Virus record (IMG/VR): IMGVR_UViG_3300048572_000043
Span: 37,857 to 101,856 of that record
Length of the DNA stretch: 64,000 bases
Reading direction: 5' to 3' (one strand)
Source of the DNA: a virus
Lineage: Duplodnaviria > Caudoviricetes
The first letter of the stretch is position 1. Each line of letters starts with the position of its first letter. Both the position numbers and the translations under genes were made by a program. The notes beneath the pieces were generated by a model, which was given only the letters and a program-made list of their open reading frames with translations, did not search any database and was not told the origin of the DNA. Positions 52,125 to 60,554 of the stretch are shown here, piece by piece.

Positions 52125-52760
52125 ATGTTCAAAAACAAAAAACAAGCCGAAGAGATTGTTGGCACACTCTCAAAACCCTCGAAGATGCCTGGATATGCTT
52201 ATTCAACTCCTGCCAAGCGTTGTCTTATCGGGCAGAAAATGCGGAATGTTGTAGGAAGTATGTGTGCTTTTTGCTACGCTCTTAAAGGGCGTTATGTTTT
52301 CCCCAATGTTCAAAAAGCTATGGAAAAGCGTTTTGCTTCACTCACTCACGATCTTTGGGTGGAAGCTATGACATATCTTATCGGAAAGGTTAAGAATCCT
52401 TATTTTAGGTGGCACGATTCAGGAGACTTGCAAGGTGTGTGGCATATTGAAAAGATTGTGAAGATTGCAAAGAATCTTCCTAACATTTCTTTTTGGCTTC
52501 CAACTCGTGAATATGCTTTTGTCTCAACCTATATCGAACAAGGCGGTGAAGTACCTAGCAATCTCACCATTCGCCTTTCTGCTCTGATGATGGATGGCCC
52601 TGCACCCGTTGGAATTGCTCAAAGACTAGGCTTATGTGTTAGCGGTGCGAGCAAGTTAGGTAATTTTAATTGTCCTAGCTCTAAGCAAGGGAACAAGTGC
52701 GGAGATTGTCGCAAGTGTTGGGATAAGAATGAGTTTGCAATTAACTACAAAAAGCATTAA
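52125..52760 (+). CDS. Gp88-like Cys-rich phage protein (radical-SAM-like Cys motifs)
   Basis: LSKPSKMPG, C...C..CYA, FRWHDSGD, WLPTRE, P.NL.IR.S, CP...C..CR.CW. Confidence 0.7.
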   Translation: MFKNKKQAEEIVGTLSKPSKMPGYAYSTPAKRCLIGQKMRNVVGSMCAFCYALKGRYVFPNVQKAMEKRFASLTHDLWVEAMTYLIGKVKNPYFRWHDSGDLQGVWHIEKIVKIAKNLPNISFWLPTREYAFVSTYIEQGGEVPSNLTIRLSALMMDGPAPVGIAQRLGLCVSGASKLGNFNCPSSKQGNKCGDCRKCWDKNEFAINYKKH

Positions 52761-52993
52761 GATGTCTAGATGACATTAATCTTTTTAATTATAATTGGCA
52801 TAATCTTATCACTATTCATAACATACTAAAATGAAAATTGAAAAACTCTTAAACGAAAATCTAGAATCTTTTTATCCTTGGAGCGATTCTGATAATCCTC
52901 CACTCGATACAAACAAAAGTTTTGTAGAAAAGCAGAGAGAGATTGACGAAGTGTTCGAAGGTTGGCGAGCTAATATGTAAAAAACTTGCTGTT

Positions 52994-53068
52994 GTAAGTC
53001 GTTGACCATTAACGATTTACAGCCGCAGGGAGGTTGCCGCCGTAAGTCGTTGACTATCAGCGACTTAG
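52994..53068. repeat. 75-bp double-palindrome element, copy 6
   Basis: GTAAGTCGTTGA-CCA-TTAACGATTTAC, 21-bp spacer, GTAAGTCGTTGA-CTA-TCAGCGACTTAG. Confidence 0.92.
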
Positions 53069-53162
53069 CGATGATCTATAATTGATCTAATTAAAGCGTA
53101 AACTAATTGCACAAAAACCAAACTAAAGTATGCCCAAATGCATGTTAAAAAAATTTCCATAA

Positions 53163-53426
53163 TTATTCTCCACAGATTTCTGAATCACCAGCCCAACCAA
53201 AGTCTTCCATCTGGAAGCACCCGCCATTGTAATCCTCATCAGTGCCGTGGCCAGCAGAAGCCATAGCAGAGTCGAAGTCGCCATCCATAGAATCGTTTGG
53301 CTCGTCTGATGTTTCGGATTTGATAGCGCGATCATCTTCGCGCATCTCGTTAAGGATGTCGCGCACATCCTGCGAACCCAACATATGTTGAGCCATCCAC
53401 TCCTTCAGAGAAGCTTTGTAGTCCAT
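53163..53426 (-). CDS. Small acidic protein
   Basis: MDYKASL... with DGDFDSAMASAGHGTDEDY motif; start taken at 53426. Confidence 0.6.
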   Translation of the reverse strand: MDYKASLKEWMAQHMLGSQDVRDILNEMREDDRAIKSETSDEPNDSMDGDFDSAMASAGHGTDEDYNGGCFQMEDFGWAGDSEICGE

Positions 53427-53427
53427 A

Positions 53428-53592
53428 TTATTTGACCTCCACAATAGTTTCGCTGGAGTCGTAGACTCCAGACAACGCATCAAGCATCGAGTTAACTACA
53501 TCATTGGAATTGATGTAGTCAAAGAACGCATTAGCGTCCACATAGGCTTCCTCGCAGGTTTCCGTCGCTAGGGATGTGATTTGATTTGTCAT
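53428..53592 (-). CDS. Small acidic protein (54 aa, not in ORF track)
   Basis: Manual translation MTNQITSLATETCEEAYVDANAFFDYINSNDVV...; promoter-like sequence directly upstream. Confidence 0.55.
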   Translation of the reverse strand: MTNQITSLATETCEEAYVDANAFFDYINSNDVVNSMLDALSGVYDSSETIVEVK

Positions 53593-53644
53593 AAATTAAA
53601 TGTATCACAGATTATTTTTACCACAAGTTTTATTTTGCAAAAAA

Positions 53645-53905
53645 GGAAATAGAAGAATAGCTAATAGCAAATAGGAAATAGCCTAATACAAAATAGCCAA
53701 GATCTTTTCTTTTCATTCAGTTTTGTGCTGAAGATCGAGTTTGCGTAAGTCGTTGGTTATCAAGGGTTTGCGCGCGCGGGGGAGTGGCTCTTGTAAGTAA
53801 TTGATAATCAAGAGTTTAGATTTTAAGCGTTCATTCAGTTTTTGTCGTAAGATCAGTTTCGATCTTTTGCTTTCGTTCAGGTTTTGTCGTAAGATCAGAT
53901 TTTGT
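53645..53905. repeat. ORF-free tandem-repeat tract: AATAG heptad-period repeats and three TCRTTCAG..TTTGT....AAGATC repeats
   Basis: Six AATAG plus one AATAC at 53648-53696; three imperfect repeats at about 53713, 53831 and 53873; five GATC. Confidence 0.75.
53745..53819. repeat. 75-bp double-palindrome element, copy 7
   Basis: GTAAGTCGTTGG-TTA-TCAAGGGTTTGC, 21-bp spacer, GTAAGTAATTGA-TAA-TCAAGAGTTTAG. Confidence 0.88.
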
Positions 53906-53978
53906 AAGTTGTTGTTTATTAAGGGTTTATAGAATCAGCCTCCCTGCGCTCGTAAGTCGTTGATACTGAGTATCTTAC
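53904..53978. repeat. 75-bp double-palindrome element, copy 8
   Basis: 21-bp spacer ending TCCCTGCGCTC, then GTAAGTCGTTGA-TAC-TGAGTATCTTAC. Confidence 0.85.
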
Positions 53979-54111
53979 AAGAGGTCTCGAAGATTCAAAC
54001 ACACGGCTGAAACATAGTAAAAAAATCTCTCTCGCAAAAAGTTTTTCTGCTCACCATTTTTTATAGCGAGTCTATAAGTTTTTTTATTTAGTTTGAAAAG
54101 TATTTTTTTCA

Positions 54112-54513
54112 TTAGTCTCCTTTGTAACTTCCAGCTTCGTTATAGCTTTGAAAGATTCGGTTTGAAACTTTCATCGCTTCTTCAACTTCTTGTAGAAGTG
54201 CGATGCTTCCTTTTACTTTTTTAACTTCCACAACATCGAGGAGAGAAGTCATCCCAACGATGCCAGCACCATTCATTCCCCTGAACGAGAGGAAAAGAAT
54301 GTTTTTGAGGAAAGGCAAGGTGTCGTAAGTATTCGCAGAATCTTCCACGAACAAAACTTCACTACCTTTCGAGGTTGTTATTTCGATGAAGTCACCAATC
54401 TGAATGTTGAGACTTTTGAAAAGTTCAGCCTTTTCTGCTGTGAGTTTAGCTTTTTGAGCCAAGTGAGCTTTTTGAGCTTCGATTTCTTTTTGTTTTCTTT
54501 TTTCGTATGTCAT
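54112..54513 (-). CDS. Hypothetical protein
   Basis: ORF track; own TTTGACA-type promoter upstream on the minus strand. Confidence 0.6.
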   Translation of the reverse strand: MTYEKRKQKEIEAQKAHLAQKAKLTAEKAELFKSLNIQIGDFIEITTSKGSEVLFVEDSANTYDTLPFLKNILFLSFRGMNGAGIVGMTSLLDVVEVKKVKGSIALLQEVEEAMKVSNRIFQSYNEAGSYKGD

Positions 54514-54877
54514 ATCTTTAATCTATCATACTTTCTTATTTTGTCAAACTTTTTTTTTCTTTGATTATCAACGATTTAGCGATACCAGACAAGAGAATCT
54601 GTATCGACATTATACAATCCGCTACGAAGGTAAATGGTTGTCCACTTACCTTTATCCTCACCTTCGAGGATTTCAGCAGTTGCAGTCATAGTTTTCCAAC
54701 CTATTGTGGAAGGAAAAATCTTTACGAGTAGTCTTTCGTGACCATATCGAAAAGTATTTTCATCTGTAGTTAGTTCTTTATTTATTGTTATCATTTTATT
54801 TTTTCTTTCTTTGTTATTTCTTATCTTGTTATAAGTATAGTTTAGCATATTTTAGAGAAAACGCAACAAAAATCTTT

Positions 54878-54956
54878 ATTTAAATTTCATTGACCATCAA
54901 CGATTTGCAACGCAAGGGTCCCTGCCGTCGTAAGTCATTGGTATCCAACAACTTAC
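54878..54956. repeat. 75-bp double-palindrome element, copy 9
   Basis: ATTTAAATTTCATTGA-CCA-TCAACGATTTGC, 21-bp spacer (GGGTCCCTGC), GTAAGTCATTGG-TAT-CCAACAACTTAC. Confidence 0.9.
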
Positions 54957-55747
54957 ATCAACTAATTTTGTCAAACTCCAAACTTGTTACGATATTGATT
55001 ATATAGGTTTTGATATTCTTCGCCCCATTCTGATTCACCAGCTTGGGCGATAGCTTCTTCAATTTCTTTAAGTTGTTTTTGACCTCTGCGATAGTAGTAT
55101 GAGTCTTCACTCATTTGGTAAGTCCAATCGTGATTCTTTAAGAGTTCTTCAAATTGTTGAATGTTCATTTATTTATTTTCCTTTACTAGTTTAGCATTGT
55201 TAAGGTTGATAGTTCCAACCTTATCTTTATCTTTACCTTCAAGGAAGGTTACAACTGCAGTATTAGCAGAAGTTTTATAAGAAACTTTTACTAAAGTTCC
55301 TTCGTATAGGTAAATTTCACCAAAGTAAGTTGGTGTATTGTTAGAGTTAGTTATGATGGATTCAGTAGTATCCATATTTTTTCGCATATTTTCACGCATT
55401 TGTTTTCGTTGAAAATTCCAGTTTATCATTCTATGAGTCATTTTATTTTTTCTTTCTTTGTTATTTGTTATCTTTTATCTTATGTATATAGTTTACCACA
55501 ATTCCTGCAAAAGTCAAATTATTTTCTTCATTTATTTTTCGTTGATTATCATAGAGTTATGATGAGCAACTTCAACTTTGTGTTCGTATTTCGAGAAACT
55601 TTCATCGAGTCTCTTTTGGGATTCTTCAACGGCTTTTTTGAGGTCAGCCGAGGCTTTGTCTAAATTTCCGAGGAGGATTTCTAATTTTGTTTTTCTTTTC
55701 ATACCTATAATTTATCACATTTTAGAAATTTTGCAAGATATTTTTTC

Positions 55748-55826
55748 ATTTAAATCTCGTTGATCATCAAGGAGTTACAACGCAAGGGAGCCCGCCTCCG
55801 TAAGTCGTTGGTATTCAGCTACTTAC
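55748..55826. repeat. 75-bp double-palindrome element, copy 10
   Basis: ATTTAAATCTCGTTGA-TCA-TCAAGGAGTTAC, 21-bp spacer, GTAAGTCGTTGG-TAT-TCAGCTACTTAC. Confidence 0.9.
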
Positions 55827-56200
55827 AACTTATAAAACTTGTGGTTGCGTATTGTAGCCACTAGCTTTGCGTCTCTAGCCCACTTAGGAGCGACGCTGAT
55901 GGCGTGGTAATGGTTTGCACCCTTCACAATGCTCTGAAGCTGTTTATGCACCACTAGGTCAGCAAGGTATAGAGCGTTCTTACCTTGTGCTGTAGCTAAT
56001 AGCTTTCTCTTAGTTGCTTCACTTACTCCACCATTCCAGAAGCTGAATTGCTTAGGTGATAAGCACACTTGGCTAGCTGATTGCTTACGCTCTATCATCC
56101 TTGTTTGGATAACGCTAGCAACACCAGCCATACCTTCTATACCTTCGCCCCTAGCTTCACCTAGTATCGTAAGTGCTACAATGAATAGTTCTGCTGTCAT
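55823..56200 (-). CDS. Cell wall hydrolase (SleB/CwlJ, Hydrolase_2 family)
   Basis: TILGEARGEG..GM..VA.VI..R, QFSFWN, GANHYH, PKWA and I.NH.FY motifs. Confidence 0.88.
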   Translation of the reverse strand: MTAELFIVALTILGEARGEGIEGMAGVASVIQTRMIERKQSASQVCLSPKQFSFWNGGVSEATKRKLLATAQGKNALYLADLVVHKQLQSIVKGANHYHAISVAPKWARDAKLVATIRNHKFYKL

Positions 56201-56204
56201 ACTA

Positions 56205-56660
56205 TTAGTCCCTTCCGTTGCTTACTGCACCGCAGTAGTCGCTAGGTTTCTCTGCACTGATAGTGCCAAGGCTATATCCTTCGGAGCTAGTCGCACCCCA
56301 AAGGAAGCAAGTCTGTGCCATCTCATCGATGACACTCTGTGCCTTTGCTTTTGCAAGGTCGAGCAGTCCACCTTTGCGTCCCTTAGCGTTGATCTTATTG
56401 ACCAAGCTATGCAACGCAACTTTAGTAAGAGCTTTCATCACATCATCTGGATGAGCGTAGAAGTAAAACGCTTTGCCGTTGCCCATATCGTGCAACTTGC
56501 CGTTAGTTCCTTCCCAATTATAAATTGAATTGAAGAAGTGATTGATTTGTTTGATGCTTCCTTCGAGAAGGTAAGCATTGTTTTCGCCGAAGGTTTGGTA
56601 ACTGATTTTGAGGTTTTGTTTCATAGGTTGTATATTGCCTTTCTGTTTATGTTTCGTCAA
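56205..56660 (-). CDS. Hypothetical protein, paralog of 49179-49565
   Basis: Shared IYNWEGTNGKL, GRKGGLL and YSLGTISAEK motifs. Confidence 0.7.
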   Translation of the reverse strand: MTKHKQKGNIQPMKQNLKISYQTFGENNAYLLEGSIKQINHFFNSIYNWEGTNGKLHDMGNGKAFYFYAHPDDVMKALTKVALHSLVNKINAKGRKGGLLDLAKAKAQSVIDEMAQTCFLWGATSSEGYSLGTISAEKPSDYCGAVSNGRD

Positions 56661-57287
56661 CTATTATTTTTTAGATGTTACCATAGCATATATTCCGATA
56701 AGAATAGTTACAATGGTAAGAACAAAGATGATTTCTATTTGATTCATTTAGTCATCGCTTCCTGATGGATAGCTTCCACCTTGTTAGCGTGAGCGTCAAG
56801 AGTAGCGATGGCCTTGGTAGAGGCATCCTTAAGCTCTTGGCTAGCCTTGTTGAGGTTGGCGATGAGTTGTTCATACTTACTTAGTTTTTTCTTCATAGAG
56901 TTAATCTATCACAGAATAGGAATATCACAAGATATTTCTTCAGTTAAATTTCATTGATTGATAACGACTTAGAGATGGTCGTATACCCCTACCCCTTTTT
57001 ATTTCTCAAGAGGATACCCTATTTTTGAAAAAGTTGGAGAGTCCTCATTTGCAATTCACTCGCGGGGGTACTATCTTCAATCTCCACATTATTTTAATAT
57101 GTTATCTATTTATCCTTTTATTTAAATAAATATAAACTATATCTCTTATCTATATATACCCCTACCCCTTTTCTTAAAATCTATAAAAAATCAATAAAAA
57201 AGAATATCTCTAGAGGTCAAAATTTCCGCTGGGCTATTTTTGTTATAGAGTGTTTTTTATATACTCTATTTGTGTGTAATAAATCAT

Positions 57288-58076
57288 ATGGATTTAAGAC
57301 GAGGATACTGCTGTTTAAATTGCACAGCCCCAGGAAATTGCTGTGGAGAATGTGAAGAGTGTCCATCTTGTTGTGATGGTTGTAGGGATATGGATGACTG
57401 CACCCATGCCGAAATCGAAATAGCGCGTTCGGTTTTTAAGGGGAGTGCATATTTTAAAGATGATAAGTTTTATCTAAATTTTACTAGCAGTTCTCTTTCT
57501 ACCCTGGCATATGACTGGAGCGATGACTATGCTGGGCACATATCTTATAGTAATACTAACTCTATTTATGACAGCAAAACAGATGAATGTTTGTCTTCTG
57601 GATTAAGCCGTGGAGTTAATTATAACTATGAGTTAGAGTACGCTGTTAGTAATATTAATTGTAGTAAAGGCATATGTGTCGATTGTAGTTGTACTAATGA
57701 CGATCCATGTTGGGCATGTGAGCCTTCACCAGGCGCTCGAGCGTCACTAGGCTGCTGTGGTTCAGGTTGTTGTGGTGGGTCTTACCCTAGTACCTGTAGT
57801 GCCTTCTGTGTTGATGATACATGTGAAAATTTTAATCATGGATGCCGTGGAGTAGTACCATGTGCTTGTGAGGATGAATATGACCAATGCGAGGGTGATT
57901 ATGAGGCAGTAAACACAGGAACCGTTACTTTTTATGATGAAGTAAGACTTTATAATCGTCTAGGAGAAGAGGTTGGAAATATTATAGGTGCTAGTTATGA
58001 TCCATGTGATCCATGCGCAACATGGAGCGCTCCAGGTTGTCACTTCTTTGCACCACCACAACAACCACCACCATAA
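57288..58076 (+). CDS. Cys-rich protein, YCCLNCT...GCHFFAP family, copy 1
   Basis: About 32 Cys in 262 aa; ATG 57288 lies 9 nt after GTGTA; both ends shared with the next gene. Confidence 0.75.
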   Translation: MDLRRGYCCLNCTAPGNCCGECEECPSCCDGCRDMDDCTHAEIEIARSVFKGSAYFKDDKFYLNFTSSSLSTLAYDWSDDYAGHISYSNTNSIYDSKTDECLSSGLSRGVNYNYELEYAVSNINCSKGICVDCSCTNDDPCWACEPSPGARASLGCCGSGCCGGSYPSTCSAFCVDDTCENFNHGCRGVVPCACEDEYDQCEGDYEAVNTGTVTFYDEVRLYNRLGEEVGNIIGASYDPCDPCATWSAPGCHFFAPPQQPPP

Positions 58077-58097
58077 ACTTTTCGTGTAATAATTTTT

Positions 58098-58838
58098 ATG
58101 ACCCCCAAAGAAGCGTACTGCTGTTTGAACTGCACTAATTTACCACCCTGTAATGCAGCCGCTGGTAATTGCGTGCCTTGTTGTGCCGATTGTGGAGATA
58201 CTAGCGGATGTTTATCATCAGCATATTTTGGTAAAGATGATCAAATCTATAAAGGATATGTTGCTACTTATTTTGCTTGGGGCACACAATACAATTGGCT
58301 TGTAGATCAAGAGTTTGAAAGCGCGTCTTGGAATGGCACATATAACTCTTTAACAAATGAAAAACTTGTATTTGGATTTAGCACTTTTAATTCATGGAAT
58401 GGACAAGATGAATGTGGTGGGGGTCCAGAAGAATTTTACAACAAGAGAACAGATACATATAGTGGAAAAACTGCTACGGGGACAACATCAGTCAGAGGTG
58501 CTTGTAGTGATTGTTTTGATTGTGAAGATCCAGATCTCTGTTCATATCCTAACTCTAAATATTTATTTCAATGCGGTTGCACTTGTGAACAAGTATTCAA
58601 CGATACATTCCCACTTGACCTTCCATTTTTGCCAATAGTAGATGCATCTGCTCCGTCTTGTAATATGTTTAAAGATGCCACGCATGATAGCGGTGGAACT
58701 GTTACATTTATAATTCCATTAAAAACTTATAATGATCGAGGAGAAATTGTTGCAGATCCTACTCCTGGCACAGCATATAACCCATGTAACCCAATAAGAA
58801 CAGCAACTGCTGCTGGCTGTCATTTCTTTGCACCATAA
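58098..58838 (+). CDS. Cys-rich protein, YCCLNCT...GCHFFAP family, copy 2
   Basis: About 20 Cys in 246 aa; own GTGTA motif. Confidence 0.75.
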   Translation: MTPKEAYCCLNCTNLPPCNAAAGNCVPCCADCGDTSGCLSSAYFGKDDQIYKGYVATYFAWGTQYNWLVDQEFESASWNGTYNSLTNEKLVFGFSTFNSWNGQDECGGGPEEFYNKRTDTYSGKTATGTTSVRGACSDCFDCEDPDLCSYPNSKYLFQCGCTCEQVFNDTFPLDLPFLPIVDASAPSCNMFKDATHDSGGTVTFIIPLKTYNDRGEIVADPTPGTAYNPCNPIRTATAAGCHFFAP

Positions 58839-59074
58839 ATAATAACAACTATGAAAATAAACTTAAAAACAATATCATTAATAGCTATCCTTGGTAGCTT
58901 ATTCTACTTCTTAAGTCACAAGAATAAAACTATCAAATCAACAGCGCCAGTCATTATAGAAGAAATAGTACTTGATAAAAAAACAAATAGCGAAAAACCA
59001 ATAGCGCCAAAGGTTTGTATTTCTGCTCCTCAAACTCAAAACGGTTTAGAATTAGGAAACAATTGGAAAAGTAG

Positions 59075-59545
59075 ATGATAATATCTATAAAAGAAATAGC
59101 AGAACCTTTTAAAAATAATTTGCTACCAAAGAATTTTGTAGTATCAGATAAAGACTATTTTTGTCCGACAATAGATATTTTAAAAGACGAGTTATTTCCG
59201 AAGTACTGGACATGGCTTCAATCATTAAAACTAACAAAATGGGTTCATAAATGGGACTGTGATAACTTTGCAGATGCTTTTAAACTTTTTTCTTGCGGAT
59301 ATTACCAACAAGTTATTGAAAGTACTGCAAATGGAATAGCAGTAGGAGTTATTAACTATAGAGCTAATAGTAAAGCAGAAGATGGATTAAAAGGTGGCCA
59401 TGCAATTAATATAGTATATATCGATAATGGAAAAAATGAAGATGGGACTAATAATTTTTATCCAGTTTTTATAGAGCCTCAAAATGGTAAAATCTATAAT
59501 TTAACTGAGGAAGAGTTCAATAGCATCTGGACAGTTTACATATAA
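59075..59545 (+). CDS. Putative papain/transglutaminase-like cysteine protease domain protein
   Basis: WDCDNFA, GHAIN and FIEPQN motifs suggest a Cys-His-Glu triad. Confidence 0.55.
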   Translation: MIISIKEIAEPFKNNLLPKNFVVSDKDYFCPTIDILKDELFPKYWTWLQSLKLTKWVHKWDCDNFADAFKLFSCGYYQQVIESTANGIAVGVINYRANSKAEDGLKGGHAINIVYIDNGKNEDGTNNFYPVFIEPQNGKIYNLTEEEFNSIWTVYI

Positions 59546-59564
59546 TATGGTGTAATTCTAAGCG

Positions 59565-60209
59565 ATGGCCTACCTTAACGCAAACGTTCCTCCAATCGAA
59601 TGTTATGTTCGAGGAAACTATTTGAGAAATCAAGAGGATAGTTTCGATAAAAAATATAAATGTTTAATTTTTGGTGTTACAAGTCTTCCTAGTCAAGTTC
59701 CTCTTTTTAATTTTCTTATGGAAGATGGTGGAATTTGGTGGCATGCTCCTATAAGCGCTTTTTGCTCTAAAGAAGATGCTCCAGATATGCAATTAGATGA
59801 ATTAGAACTTTGGGATAGTTTTAGTTATCATATATCTGTAACAACTTTTTACTTGTTAGAAAATAAAATAGTTAAGTATACTGGAAGAAGTGGAAAAGAA
59901 TACATGGGTCGTTATTTGTTTACCTTTGATTGGGCTCATAGCGATTATAATGAATTGAATTTTGGATTTAGTCAAAGACCAGATCAACACAAAGCTGGCC
60001 ATGTTTTAAAACTTGATAATGGTAATTTTGCTATTCAACCAAACAATAGAATAAAAGTTTTTGATCCAAGTTTCGCAACAAAGCCAAATGAATTGGTTTT
60101 GCAAAGAAAAATAAACAGTCATATTTATACTTCTGAAAATAGCCCCAAATGGGTTACTGAAGATAGTGATAATTATGATTACAAAATAGAGGAAAGAAAA
60201 AGTGAATAA
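59565..60209 (+). CDS. Conserved phage hypothetical protein
   Basis: MAYLNANVPPI, LELWDSFSY, YLFTFDW, HK..H...LDNGNFA.QPNNR. Confidence 0.7.
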   Translation: MAYLNANVPPIECYVRGNYLRNQEDSFDKKYKCLIFGVTSLPSQVPLFNFLMEDGGIWWHAPISAFCSKEDAPDMQLDELELWDSFSYHISVTTFYLLENKIVKYTGRSGKEYMGRYLFTFDWAHSDYNELNFGFSQRPDQHKAGHVLKLDNGNFAIQPNNRIKVFDPSFATKPNELVLQRKINSHIYTSENSPKWVTEDSDNYDYKIEERKSE

Positions 60210-60554
60210 AACAATAAACATAACAGAAAGAAACATTTTTGAAGGAGAAAAAGCTAATCCTCAAAATTGTGCAATCGCCAGAGCAATCAAAAAGAATATG
60301 AAAGGTAAAGTTACTAGTATTTCAGTACTTCCTTCTCATGTTAATTTGAAAATCAAAAATAAACAATATACTGCAATTATGCCAAAAATTGGAGCAAGCT
60401 TTATTAAAAGATTTGATAAGGGCGAAGCGGTTAATTCATTTTCTTTAGATTTGAAATTTAAACAAGGTTATTCTTTAGTTTAATAAAATTTTAATTTTAT
60501 TTAAATTAATTAGAAATCAAGACAATAGGGGTGTAATTATTTACAGTAAGTAAC

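Noticed and set aside
46068-56972. Palindromic repeats as a CRISPR array
   Set aside because: Copies are degenerate, occur as pairs separated by whole genes, the 21-bp spacers resemble each other, and no cas genes are present
46068-56972. Repeats as integron attC or Xer dif sites
   Set aside because: They lack consistent RYYYAAC/GTTRRRY ends and the 11-6-11 dif layout; cassettes carry their own promoters; no integrase is in the window
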